Of a stretch of DNA of 25,227 nt, positions 9,052 to 17,169 are shown one piece after another (within the stretch, counting starts at the first letter, position 1; every line of letters starts with the position of its first letter). The position numbers and the translations under genes were made by a program. The notes beneath the pieces are model-generated. The model was given only the letters and a program-made list of their open reading frames with translations. It ran no database searches and was not told where the DNA came from. Location: positions 1 to 25,227 of the forward strand of contig JANLPS010000179.1 in NCBI GenBank assembly GCA_031367385.1. Direction: 5' to 3'. The DNA is from Archangium sp. (GTDB taxonomy: Bacteria; Myxococcota; Myxococcia; Myxococcales; Myxococcaceae).

Positions 9052-9113
9052 GAGTTCTCGGCTCCCTGAGAGCCCCTGACCTGCCCCCCTCATGGTGAGC
9101 CTGTCGAACCACG
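9028..9113. repeat. REP/MITE-like inverted repeat, 25-bp arms with one mismatch and a 36-nt spacer
   Basis: CGTGGTTCGACAAGCTCACCATGAG (9028-9052) pairs with CTCATGGTGAGCCTGTCGAACCACG (9089-9113). Nested GGCTC/GAGCC hairpin at 9060-9074. Lies at a junction of convergent genes. Confidence 0.9.
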
Positions 9114-9147
9114 AACCACGAACCACGAACCCTGAACCACGAACCAA
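9106..9147. repeat. Heptamer tandem repeat, 6 units of consensus GAACCAC
   Basis: GAACCAC GAACCAC GAACCAC GAACCCT GAACCAC GAACCAA, ending immediately before the stop codon of the minus-strand gene. Confidence 0.95.
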
Positions 9148-9648
9148 CTACCGCTCGCAGACCAAAGCATCGGCCTGCAGCGACTGCGCACGGGCGATGA
9201 GCTGATCGCGCGTATCAGCGGTGAGCGGCACGAGCACCCAGTGGCCGCTCTCCATCAGCGCCAGTGCGGTGTTCGCGTCGACGGTGCCTGACTTCAGCAA
9301 CGAGTCGAGCTCAGCCCGCGCGATCGCCTGCTGCTGGGCCCCGAGCTTTTGAAACTGGGGGTTGTCATTGAGCGCATAGCTCGAGTTCGACAGCGGGTCA
9401 TGCTCGTGAAACGGAAACTGGTCGCCCAGAATCACGACCAGCAGCGCCTGAATCGGGAACGTGGCGACGTCGATCACGAAGGTGAAGGGCAACAAGAACA
9501 CACCGGTGGTCTTGCGGTCGACGTAGGTCGGGCGCCGGGTGCTGATGCCCAAGAACGCGCGATCGACCGCGCGCGAGAGCATGCAGCCAGTTGAAAGAAG
9601 TGACGTGGCAACGGCGAGAGCGACGACACGCAAGAGACGGCTGCGCAT
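9148..9648 (-). CDS. Hypothetical lipoprotein with a YceK/YidQ-like hydrophobic segment
   Basis: RBS GAAGGAG, lipobox-like LSTGC after a hydrophobic signal, and LLPFTFVIDVATFPI resembling the YceK/YidQ motif. Confidence 0.75.
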   Translation of the reverse strand: MRSRLLRVVALAVATSLLSTGCMLSRAVDRAFLGISTRRPTYVDRKTTGVFLLPFTFVIDVATFPIQALLVVILGDQFPFHEHDPLSNSSYALNDNPQFQKLGAQQQAIARAELDSLLKSGTVDANTALALMESGHWVLVPLTADTRDQLIARAQSLQADALVCER

Positions 9649-9685
9649 GAATTCTCCTTCGGCAGAAAACGAAAGACGGCTGCTG

Positions 9686-9715
9686 ATTGTGGGAGCCGAC
9701 CCGTCTCGGGATCAA
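9686..9715 (-). promoter_or_regulatory. Possible sigma70-like promoter for the lipoprotein gene
   Basis: Minus strand TTGATC-N18-CACAAT, about 40 nt upstream of ATG 9648. Motif match only. Confidence 0.3.
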
Positions 9716-9740
9716 GAGAATCGCCAACGAATCTGCTTTG

Positions 9741-10829
9741 CTACAGGGCTGTCTCTTTCGCAGCCGCCGATTCTTTGCTCGAGGCCGACTCCTTGGGCAC
9801 CGCCAGAGTCTCACCCGTCGTCGTCTTCTCGGGCTTCACCTTGAGCTGGTAGCGCTCAGCCGCCGACTCGATGATGCGACCTATGAGCTGAGTGTACGAC
9901 ATGCCCCGCTCCTCGGCCGCCATCGCCAATTCGCTCTCTTTTTCGAGGTACGGGTTCGGGTTCACCTCGAGCACGTACGCCTGCCCGGTGGTCGAGATGC
10001 GAAAGTCGACGCGCGCGTAGTCGCGAATCTTGAGCGCCCGAAACGCCAGCAGGGCGCTCCGCTCGAGCCGCTGCTGCAGGTCGCGGTCGATGTTGGTCGC
10101 CATCACCAGGTGTGGGCTGTCGTCGGTCATCGCGCCGAACTTCACCTGGCGGTCTGACACCTTGGGTTGGCCGACCTCCCAGTTGCCCCAGTCGAGCTCG
10201 ACCACCGGCAGAATTTCAGGCTTGGTGGGCGTACCGATCACGCCGACGTACACTTCACGACCCTCGATGAACTCTTCGGCGAGCGCCTCATCGTCGAAGG
10301 TGCGGCGAATGTCGCGAACCCGACGGGTCAGCTCCTCCCAATCGCTCACCACCGAGTGCCGGCCGATGCCGATCGACGCGTCGGTTCGAGCCGGCTTCAC
10401 GATGAGAGGAAAAGTCATGCGCCCGAACGCTTCGAAGGTGTCGCCGTCGAAGGTCAAAAACTTCGGCGTCAGCACCTCGTGGTACTCGAGCAGCTGCTTG
10501 GTCAGAATCTTGTCTTGCGCCAGCAGCAACCCGGCGGTGCCTGAGCCGGTGAAGCGAATGCGCGCCATCTCCATCACCGCGGCGACGTTCACTTCGAGCC
10601 GGTAGTCATCGGCGAAGGTCTCGCAGACGTTGAACACCAGGTCGGCGCGGGCTTCTTCGAGCGCGTGCAGCAGGTCGAACACGCCGTTGTGAACGCCGAC
10701 GGTGACCGGCGTATGACCCAGCTCGCCCAGCGCGTCACAGACGTGCGTGACAACAGGGTCCATCGGGTCACCCGACGGTTGGTAATGCATCACCGCGATT
10801 TTCAGTGGAGGGACCGTTGACGGCGCCAT
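9741..10829 (-). CDS. D-Ala-D-Ala-ligase-like ATP-grasp enzyme, non-canonical (alternative GTG start 10895 overlaps the upstream stop)
   Basis: FTGSG...QDKILTK, FPLIVKP, EEFIEGRE, YARVDFR, YVLEVNPNP. Lacks the Ddl GGxSxE and LHG motifs. Confidence 0.9.
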   Translation of the reverse strand: MAPSTVPPLKIAVMHYQPSGDPMDPVVTHVCDALGELGHTPVTVGVHNGVFDLLHALEEARADLVFNVCETFADDYRLEVNVAAVMEMARIRFTGSGTAGLLLAQDKILTKQLLEYHEVLTPKFLTFDGDTFEAFGRMTFPLIVKPARTDASIGIGRHSVVSDWEELTRRVRDIRRTFDDEALAEEFIEGREVYVGVIGTPTKPEILPVVELDWGNWEVGQPKVSDRQVKFGAMTDDSPHLVMATNIDRDLQQRLERSALLAFRALKIRDYARVDFRISTTGQAYVLEVNPNPYLEKESELAMAAEERGMSYTQLIGRIIESAAERYQLKVKPEKTTTGETLAVPKESASSKESAAAKETAL

Positions 10830-10891
10830 CGATTTCGAGACGTTACCGCGTTTTTTCTCAAATCGATCACAAACTTCATTCAACCAACGAC

Positions 10892-11959
10892 TCACTCGAT
10901 TTCGAAAAAACGATCGGTGTACAAAAAGTTCATCGCGAGCGCCGTCTGCAGCGCGGTGAGCTTGGTCATGTACTCGCGTGCCTTGTCGCGATGCACGGTG
11001 AGGTTCAACGCCGTCGTTCGCTCGAGCAGGTGATCGAGCACCGACTTCACCACGCCACGGCCGACACCCGAGTACTGCGCGACGGCGTGAATCAACGCCT
11101 GACGCTCGGCGCGAATCAGCGTGTCGGCGCGGGTGTTGCCGATGTCGGGCGCTTCGAACAACGTCGAGAGGTCTTGATCGAGGTGCTCGCCGATGTGCAG
11201 GTCGATCTTCTCTTCGAGCATGCGCTGCCGGTAGTGATCGAGCACCGTCTCTTCCATCTGGCCCACATCGAGGTCTCGCTCGGCCAGGTCGACCACCGGC
11301 GCCGCGCGGCCCAGCGCCTTCACGGTCTCTTCGACATAGTGCAGCTTCTTCGAGGCGCCCCAGGTCTTGTAGCGCTCTTGCCAGTCTGAGCCCGGCGTCA
11401 GCCAGACCGCGAAGGTCTCGGCGAAGTCTTCGTCAGGGTGCTTTTGCGCGTACCACCCCGAGATGTGCACCACGTACTTGCGGCTGAAGGGGTGCGGTTT
11501 GTAGGTCTCGAGGTACGGCTTCGAGTAATCGCCGAACAGCTTCTTCCACTCTTCGGTCTCGTAGAGCTTGTAGGCGTAACAGAACGCGTGCCCGGCCTCG
11601 TGGCGCAGGTACATCATCACCTCGCGCTCGCTCTCGGCCCCGCCGCCCAGCGTCTCTTCAATCGTCAGCAGGTTCGGGTCTGCCAGGTAGAACGGTATGC
11701 CGATGACCGGCACGCCCGACGGGCACCCCCACTGGTCTGACAAGTAGCATTCAGGGCGCAACGAGATGCCCTTCGCCTCGAGCTCTTCAGAGAGTTGGAG
11801 GATGAAGCGCTCCAACGGCGTGCCTTTGAGGTGCAGCTTCAGATCTTTGATGCGGGCTTGCATCAGCGCGGCGCTCGCGGGCGGCAAACCATCGCTGCCG
11901 ACGAAGATCGGCTCGGGTGCTTTCTCGCGAAAAACGGGGCTGGCCAACGCGGTCGTCAT
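10892..11959 (-). CDS. Putative zinc-binding metallopeptidase (zincin, Peptidase_Mx-like)
   Basis: HExxH (LRHEAGHA) and downstream YAQKHPDEDFAETFA. RBS AAGGGAG. No signal peptide. Confidence 0.85.
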   Translation of the reverse strand: MTTALASPVFREKAPEPIFVGSDGLPPASAALMQARIKDLKLHLKGTPLERFILQLSEELEAKGISLRPECYLSDQWGCPSGVPVIGIPFYLADPNLLTIEETLGGGAESEREVMMYLRHEAGHAFCYAYKLYETEEWKKLFGDYSKPYLETYKPHPFSRKYVVHISGWYAQKHPDEDFAETFAVWLTPGSDWQERYKTWGASKKLHYVEETVKALGRAAPVVDLAERDLDVGQMEETVLDHYRQRMLEEKIDLHIGEHLDQDLSTLFEAPDIGNTRADTLIRAERQALIHAVAQYSGVGRGVVKSVLDHLLERTTALNLTVHRDKAREYMTKLTALQTALAMNFLYTDRFFEIE

Positions 11960-12153
11960 ACTTCTCCCTTAAGGTCGGCCGGACATTATCCGAGCGCGCC
12001 TTCAGGCATAGGGGTGTGCTCACTCTTTGTTAAGCCACTGAAACAACTCATTATTTGACCCTCTCCGACCAGGCTGCCTCTCAACTGCGGTTAGCTAACT
12101 CATTGAAATGACGATGTCGGTCAATGTGCACTTCGTGCTATCGGGCCAGCACC
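11960..12153. promoter_or_regulatory. AT-enriched divergent control region with two IHF-like boxes and a 10-bp palindrome
   Basis: TAAGCCACTGAAA (12031-12043) and TAACTCATTGAAA (12096-12108) resemble YAANNNNTTGATW. GTTAGCTAAC palindrome at 12090-12099. Confidence 0.4.
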
Positions 12154-14115
12154 GTGAGCCTCGTCATCGCCTCCAAAATCTCGCTGTCGTACGGCAAGAA
12201 GGTGCTCTTCGACGAAGCGTCGTTCAGCATCGGTCCAACCGATCGCATTGGTCTGGTCGGCGCCAACGGCACCGGCAAGTCGACGATGCTCAAGATTCTC
12301 ATGGGGCTGGTCACGCCCGACCACGGCACGCTGACGTTTCGCCGCAACGCGCGCGTCGGGTACCTGCCGCAAGATCTGCAGTCGCTGCCTGAGGGCGCGT
12401 TGGTCGAGTCGGTGATGAGCGCGGTGCCCGGGCGAGACACGCTCGACTCGCGCCTGGCCCAGACCGAAGCGCAACTCGGCGAAACCACTGACGAAGCCGA
12501 GCAGCTCGAGCTCGCGCAGACGTTGGCTGAGCTGCATGAAGAACGAGATCACTTCGACGAGCACTACGGCCGGCACCGCGCCGAGCGCATCTTGTTGGGC
12601 TTGGGCTTCACCCAGGCTGATTTCATCAAAGACGTCACCGCCTTCTCTGGCGGCTGGCGCATGCGTGGCGCGTTGGCGGGGCTGCTGCTGCAAGACCCCG
12701 ACTTGCTGCTGCTCGATGAGCCGACCAACCACTTAGACCTCCCGACCCTCGCCTGGTTCGAGGGGTTCTTGCGCCGCTCGAAGAAGGCGTTGGTGCTGAT
12801 CAGCCACGACCGAGACTTTTTGAACCGGCAAATCGACCGCGTGCTCTCGCTCGAGACCGACGGCGTGCGGTTGTGGACGGGCGACTTCGAAGACTACCGG
12901 CGCCAACGCGCCGAAGAGCTCGAGCGATTGATCGCTGCGAGTGAAAAACAGGCCATCAAGCGCGAGCAGCTGCAGACCTTCGTCAATCGCTTTCGGGCCA
13001 AGGCCAGCAAGGCGACCCAGGCCCAGTCGAAGCTCAAGCAGCTGCAGAAAATGGAGGTCATCGAGGTTCATCGCGAGCGCGACACCGTCGGCTTCCGCTT
13101 CCCCGAGGTGGCGGCGTCGGGGCGCGAGGTCGCGCAGTTCAAAGACGTTCGAAAAACGTACGGCCCGACGGTGGTGTACGAGCACATGAATGCCCTGCTG
13201 CTGCGCGGAGAACGCGTCGCGGTGGTCGGCCTCAACGGTGCTGGCAAGACCACGCTGCTCAAGCTGCTGGCCCGCGAAATCGAGCCCGAGGCAGGCACCA
13301 TCTCGCTGGGGCACAACGTCACGCTGGGCTACTACGCCCAGCACCACGCCGAGACGCTCGACAAGTCGCACACCATTCTCGACGAGATGATGGAGCTCGT
13401 ACCCGACAAGCCCCAGTCGTTCGTTCGCAGCGTGCTCGGCTCGTTTTTGTTCAGCGGCGATGACGTCGAGAAGCCCATCGGCGTGCTCTCGGGAGGTGAG
13501 CGCGCGCGGGTGGCCCTGGCCAAGCTGCTGCTCAAACCCTCGAACCTGCTCGTGATGGACGAGCCGACCAACCACCTCGACTTGGACTCGTCGGAGGCGC
13601 TGATTGAAGCGCTCGAGGGGTACAGCGGCACGCTGATCTTCGTCTCGCACAACCGCAGCTTCTTGAACTCCTTGGCCACCCACGTGTGGGACGTGCGCGA
13701 CCACCAGATCGCCCCCTTCCCCGGCAACTTGGACGAATACCTCGTGCACCTGGAGCTCGAGGCCGCGCAGCGCGAGCGCGGTGAAGAGGCCGAGGTCGTG
13801 CCTGGCTCGTCTCCCTCGTCGCTCAAGAAGCTCAGTGAGAAAGACCGCCGACGAATCGAGGCTGAGACTCGGCAGGCCAAGAGCGCGAAGACGACTCCGT
13901 TGAAGAAGGAGATCGCCACCATCGAAAAGCGAATCGCCGAGCTCGAGTCGTCACAGAAAGAACGAGAAGCCCAGCTGGTCGACCCCGAGTTCGCGCAAGA
14001 TTTTCCAAAAGCCCGACCCGTCATCGAGGCCCATCGACTGGCCTCAGAAGAGCTCGAACGGCTTCTGGCCCGGTGGGAAACCGCCAGTGCCGAGCTCGGT
14101 TCGCTCGAGCCTTAG
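12154..14115 (+). CDS. ABC-F family ATPase (YheS/YdiF-like, ribosome-associated)
   Basis: Two NBDs (GANGTGKS/FSGGW/LLLLDEPTNHLD and GLNGAGKT/LSGGE/VMDEPTNHLD), linker RFRAKASKATQAQS, C-terminal coiled coil, no TM. GTG 12154 preferred to the track start at 12124. Confidence 0.95.
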   Translation: MSLVIASKISLSYGKKVLFDEASFSIGPTDRIGLVGANGTGKSTMLKILMGLVTPDHGTLTFRRNARVGYLPQDLQSLPEGALVESVMSAVPGRDTLDSRLAQTEAQLGETTDEAEQLELAQTLAELHEERDHFDEHYGRHRAERILLGLGFTQADFIKDVTAFSGGWRMRGALAGLLLQDPDLLLLDEPTNHLDLPTLAWFEGFLRRSKKALVLISHDRDFLNRQIDRVLSLETDGVRLWTGDFEDYRRQRAEELERLIAASEKQAIKREQLQTFVNRFRAKASKATQAQSKLKQLQKMEVIEVHRERDTVGFRFPEVAASGREVAQFKDVRKTYGPTVVYEHMNALLLRGERVAVVGLNGAGKTTLLKLLAREIEPEAGTISLGHNVTLGYYAQHHAETLDKSHTILDEMMELVPDKPQSFVRSVLGSFLFSGDDVEKPIGVLSGGERARVALAKLLLKPSNLLVMDEPTNHLDLDSSEALIEALEGYSGTLIFVSHNRSFLNSLATHVWDVRDHQIAPFPGNLDEYLVHLELEAAQRERGEEAEVVPGSSPSSLKKLSEKDRRRIEAETRQAKSAKTTPLKKEIATIEKRIAELESSQKEREAQLVDPEFAQDFPKARPVIEAHRLASEELERLLARWETASAELGSLEP

Positions 14116-14987
14116 CGCTTCGCGTTCTGCTGGCCTTGAAAGACGACCTTGTAGCCGAGCGACCGGCCGTAGTTGCCCGAGCCGAGGTTCGAGCCGCTGA
14201 TGCCGTTGGAGCCGAGCTGACCGACCTGGGGCGCGGGGGCCGCCGCCGTGGGGGCCACCAGCAGCCGCTCCATCTTGGCTGAGCCCTCGTCGTACTGGCT
14301 CCTGGACTTGTCGGCGTCACGCGAAGCGATCGCGAGCATGGTGTCTGAAGACCACGTCGCGTCTTCTTCACCGCGCAGGCTGGCCACGCCGCCCTCATAG
14401 GCATTCAAGTTGAACAGCGCGATGGCGAAAGCCAAGCGGGCTCCGCGGCGATCAGTGCTGTCGGTGATGCCCTTGGCCCACTCACCACCCTTGGTGAGCA
14501 AGGCGATCGCCGCGTCGTCGCCTTGTGATTGGCCGACCTCTTCAGCGACACCCAACACGTACTGGCAGCGCTCACCGGTATCAGGCAGCGCCTCGAGCTC
14601 TTTCTGCGCGTCTTTCGCTGCGCTCTCGGCCATCGCGTTGCCCATCGACTTGCGCGCCAGCTGCGAGACGCTCACCCAGCCGCTGATTCGGGTGTACCCA
14701 TCGAGCGCGGGGCCAACGTCATGCAACGTCTTGGTCGCCTGCTCGAGCACCGACAGAGCGTCTTCGGGGCTGTACCGCTGCTGCACCTGATCGGCGATGT
14801 TCAACTGCCGGGTCAGCCGCGCGTCGGGGTCTTTGATGAACCCCGCTTCGGTCGCCGCCAACACCGAGAGCTTGCGGCTGCGGTCATTGGTCACGTTCGG
14901 CGTCGACGAGACCTTCTTCCCCGCGCAATTGCTGAAAACCACACCGACACACATCAGTACCAGGGCGCTGCGAAGAAGGCGGAGCAT
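14112..14987 (-). CDS. Hypothetical alpha-helical lipoprotein
   Basis: Start ATG 14987 with GAGG RBS. Signal MLRLLRSALVLMCVGVVFSNC, helical-repeat-like body, Gly/Ser-rich tail. Stop overlaps the ABC-F stop. Confidence 0.75.
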   Translation of the reverse strand: MLRLLRSALVLMCVGVVFSNCAGKKVSSTPNVTNDRSRKLSVLAATEAGFIKDPDARLTRQLNIADQVQQRYSPEDALSVLEQATKTLHDVGPALDGYTRISGWVSVSQLARKSMGNAMAESAAKDAQKELEALPDTGERCQYVLGVAEEVGQSQGDDAAIALLTKGGEWAKGITDSTDRRGARLAFAIALFNLNAYEGGVASLRGEEDATWSSDTMLAIASRDADKSRSQYDEGSAKMERLLVAPTAAAPAPQVGQLGSNGISGSNLGSGNYGRSLGYKVVFQGQQNAKR

Positions 14988-15056
14988 GAATGGAGCCTCG
15001 AAAAGGGGTGGAACCATCACAAGACGCGCGGTCAGCGAATTCGATCTGCACTTTCT

Positions 15057-15605
15057 TCACGCCAAGCTGCGGGCGCCGGTCGATTCACCCAGGGTCACGG
15101 GCTGGCGGGGTGAGCCCAAGCTCACCAGCAGCACCAGCGCGGTGAGCAGCGAGACCAGGCCACCGATCTCGATGATTCGCACCGCTTCTCCCAAGCTGCC
15201 TTGCCAGATGATGGCCTGGTCGGCTGGGTCGGCGTGGGCGATGACTTCTTTCATCTGGTTCATGGTGTTCGCGAACATGGCGTAGCCCATGGCGTTCGCG
15301 CCGATCAGGCACGCAATCGCCGCGCGCAGGCTGCCGGCCGAGCGTGAATAACGCCAGGCCATCGCAGACCCCAGGCCGTACACCGCGATCGCGAAGGGAG
15401 GAAACCCGGCCCAGCCCGCCTCGGCCCAGCGCATCGCCAGCGGCTGCACGTCGAAGACCACGATGCAGGTGGAGATGCCCGAGATCGCCAGTGCACTGGC
15501 CGCTCCCATCATGCTGGCACGGCGTTTCTGCATCGCGGCGAGCCCGACCGCGGCCCCCGACAACAGGGTGAGCATCATGAGACCCAGCGTGGCGAATTCC
15601 GGCAT
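15057..15605 (-). CDS. Hypothetical membrane protein (about 5 TM)
   Basis: GGAG RBS and multiple hydrophobic helices. ADPADQAIIWQGSLGEA loosely recalls the MotA/TolQ/ExbB C-terminal hairpin. Confidence 0.65.
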   Translation of the reverse strand: MPEFATLGLMMLTLLSGAAVGLAAMQKRRASMMGAASALAISGISTCIVVFDVQPLAMRWAEAGWAGFPPFAIAVYGLGSAMAWRYSRSAGSLRAAIACLIGANAMGYAMFANTMNQMKEVIAHADPADQAIIWQGSLGEAVRIIEIGGLVSLLTALVLLVSLGSPRQPVTLGESTGARSLA

Positions 15606-15696
15606 GTGTGTGCTCCCGGCGGCTTGCGTGAGGCCGGCACAGACAGCACCTCGTTGGGCTGGTTCCCCCGCGGTACGCGATTCTCGGCCTGAGCGC

Positions 15697-17070
15697 CTAC
15701 GGTATTTTCTTGATCAGCCCGGCCAGGGTCTCGGCTTCACCCGGCTCGATGCCCAGCAGCTTGGCCGCTGCGGCCAGTGTCTTGCCTCCGCGAAGCAAGA
15801 CCCGCAGCCCGGCAGCCCGCTCGGCCTGATCGGCGTCGATGGTGCCACCGCTGACGTTGAAGCCTGCCCACGAGGCATTGGGCTTCGAGGTCGCGACCAA
15901 CAAGGCGCGCGCCTGCAGCGGCGTCAGCGTTTCGTCGATCAACCGGCACTTCGCGAACAGGTTGGTGGCGTTCGGAGCGGCCATCGAGGTGCCTGACTCC
16001 AGCACCATGCCCCCGTCGGTCGAAGCCGACACCACAGCGTGGCCGCGCGCGGAGAGCTCGACCAGGGCCTTCGAATAGTTGCTCAAGTTCCACCGGTTGC
16101 CGTTGCCGTAGCTCGCGCCGACCACGGTCATGTTGGGCAGGTGCAGGCTCTCAGCGAGCGTGCGGGCCTCGCTCGGGCCAGCGGTGCCCAGCTCGTAGGT
16201 GTCATTGCCGGCGCCGAACACGAACAGGGTGTTCGGGTGCTTCTCGATCACCGCTGCGTACTTCTTGATTTCGTCAGGCGTCACGAAGAGCTCGATGCTC
16301 ACGTTGACCACGCTCGCACCGCGGGCTCCGGCTTTCTCGAGTGCTTCGAGCACCGGCATCGGGTGAGCCGTCGACGGCGCGGGCGTCGGCGCGGTGCCTT
16401 CTTGCTCGCCCTTCGAAGGGAGCGGCACGGCGAAGAATTCACCCTCGATGCGCGAGGTGCCGCGCGTGGCGATGCCTGCGACGTGGGTGCCGTGGTGTTG
16501 GCCTTCGGTGCGCTCGTCGGGGGTGAATGAACCGATGGCCGAGCCGATGGCAACGCCCTCTGCCGCCGCGGCCGAATGGGCGTCGACGTTGTCGTCGAGC
16601 AGGTCGTTCGCCACGAAGCCGCCGTCGACGACCGCGATTTTCACGCGCTCACCGTGCGTCTTGCCGACCGCGACCATGACCTTCTCGAAGGTGGCATCGA
16701 GCTCGGCGACGTTGCCTTCACGAAAGAGCTGAACGTCGGTCGTCGGTACCGATTCAACGCCGTGCTCGTAGCTGCGGGCGGTGACCGCGTAGCCTTTGCG
16801 CTTCAGCAGCTCGGCGGCCTCGGTGCCGGCGCTCGGGTCGAACGAGAATTGTTTGTCGGCATACGCCTCGAGCAGCCGCACGTGGGCAGCGTGGCCTTCG
16901 GGCAACCCGGAGAGCGCGGGAGCGACCGTGGCCCACTCGGTGGTGGTGACCTTCTTGTCGCTGAGCACCCGGGTCAACGCTTCAAGGGCCTTGGTATCGG
17001 CGCTCGCGGCGCCCGCCGAAGGTGGCACCGCGGGTCGTGGCTTGGGGGGCGGGCGCTTGATCGAGGGCAC
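15697..17070 (-). CDS. S8 (subtilisin-like) serine peptidase without a classical signal peptide
   Basis: Triad motifs IAVVDGG, HGTHVAG, GTSMAAP and oxyanion GAGN. Start reassigned to GTG 17070 (GGAG upstream) because the 98 extra codons in the track look non-coding in this frame. Confidence 0.9.
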   Translation of the reverse strand: MPSIKRPPPKPRPAVPPSAGAASADTKALEALTRVLSDKKVTTTEWATVAPALSGLPEGHAAHVRLLEAYADKQFSFDPSAGTEAAELLKRKGYAVTARSYEHGVESVPTTDVQLFREGNVAELDATFEKVMVAVGKTHGERVKIAVVDGGFVANDLLDDNVDAHSAAAAEGVAIGSAIGSFTPDERTEGQHHGTHVAGIATRGTSRIEGEFFAVPLPSKGEQEGTAPTPAPSTAHPMPVLEALEKAGARGASVVNVSIELFVTPDEIKKYAAVIEKHPNTLFVFGAGNDTYELGTAGPSEARTLAESLHLPNMTVVGASYGNGNRWNLSNYSKALVELSARGHAVVSASTDGGMVLESGTSMAAPNATNLFAKCRLIDETLTPLQARALLVATSKPNASWAGFNVSGGTIDADQAERAAGLRVLLRGGKTLAAAAKLLGIEPGEAETLAGLIKKIP

Positions 17071-17169
17071 CCGTGCCGCGTACTCCGTGGCTTCGGCCGG
17101 CGAAAGGGGCCGCTGGGCGTTGAGAGGGTCGCCGCGCGCCAAGAGCCCGAAATGAGGGGTGAATGGCCA

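Noticed and set aside
9106..9147. Possible CRISPR array
   Set aside because: 7-bp units with no spacers and no cas genes. It is a microsatellite.
9741..10829. Calling this gene ddl or a van resistance ligase
   Set aside because: D-Ala-binding motifs are missing and there is no cell-wall or vanHAX context.
12121..14024. Long antisense ORFs (203, 338 and 230 aa) over the ABC-F gene, and similar ORFs opposite yebC, dctA and the Kelch gene
   Set aside because: Expected stop-poor shadow frames in high-GC DNA with no motifs.
12154..14115. Antibiotic-resistance ABC-F or membrane transporter
   Set aside because: No permease is present and the linker resembles housekeeping YheS/YdiF types. Resistance cannot be supported without phylogeny.
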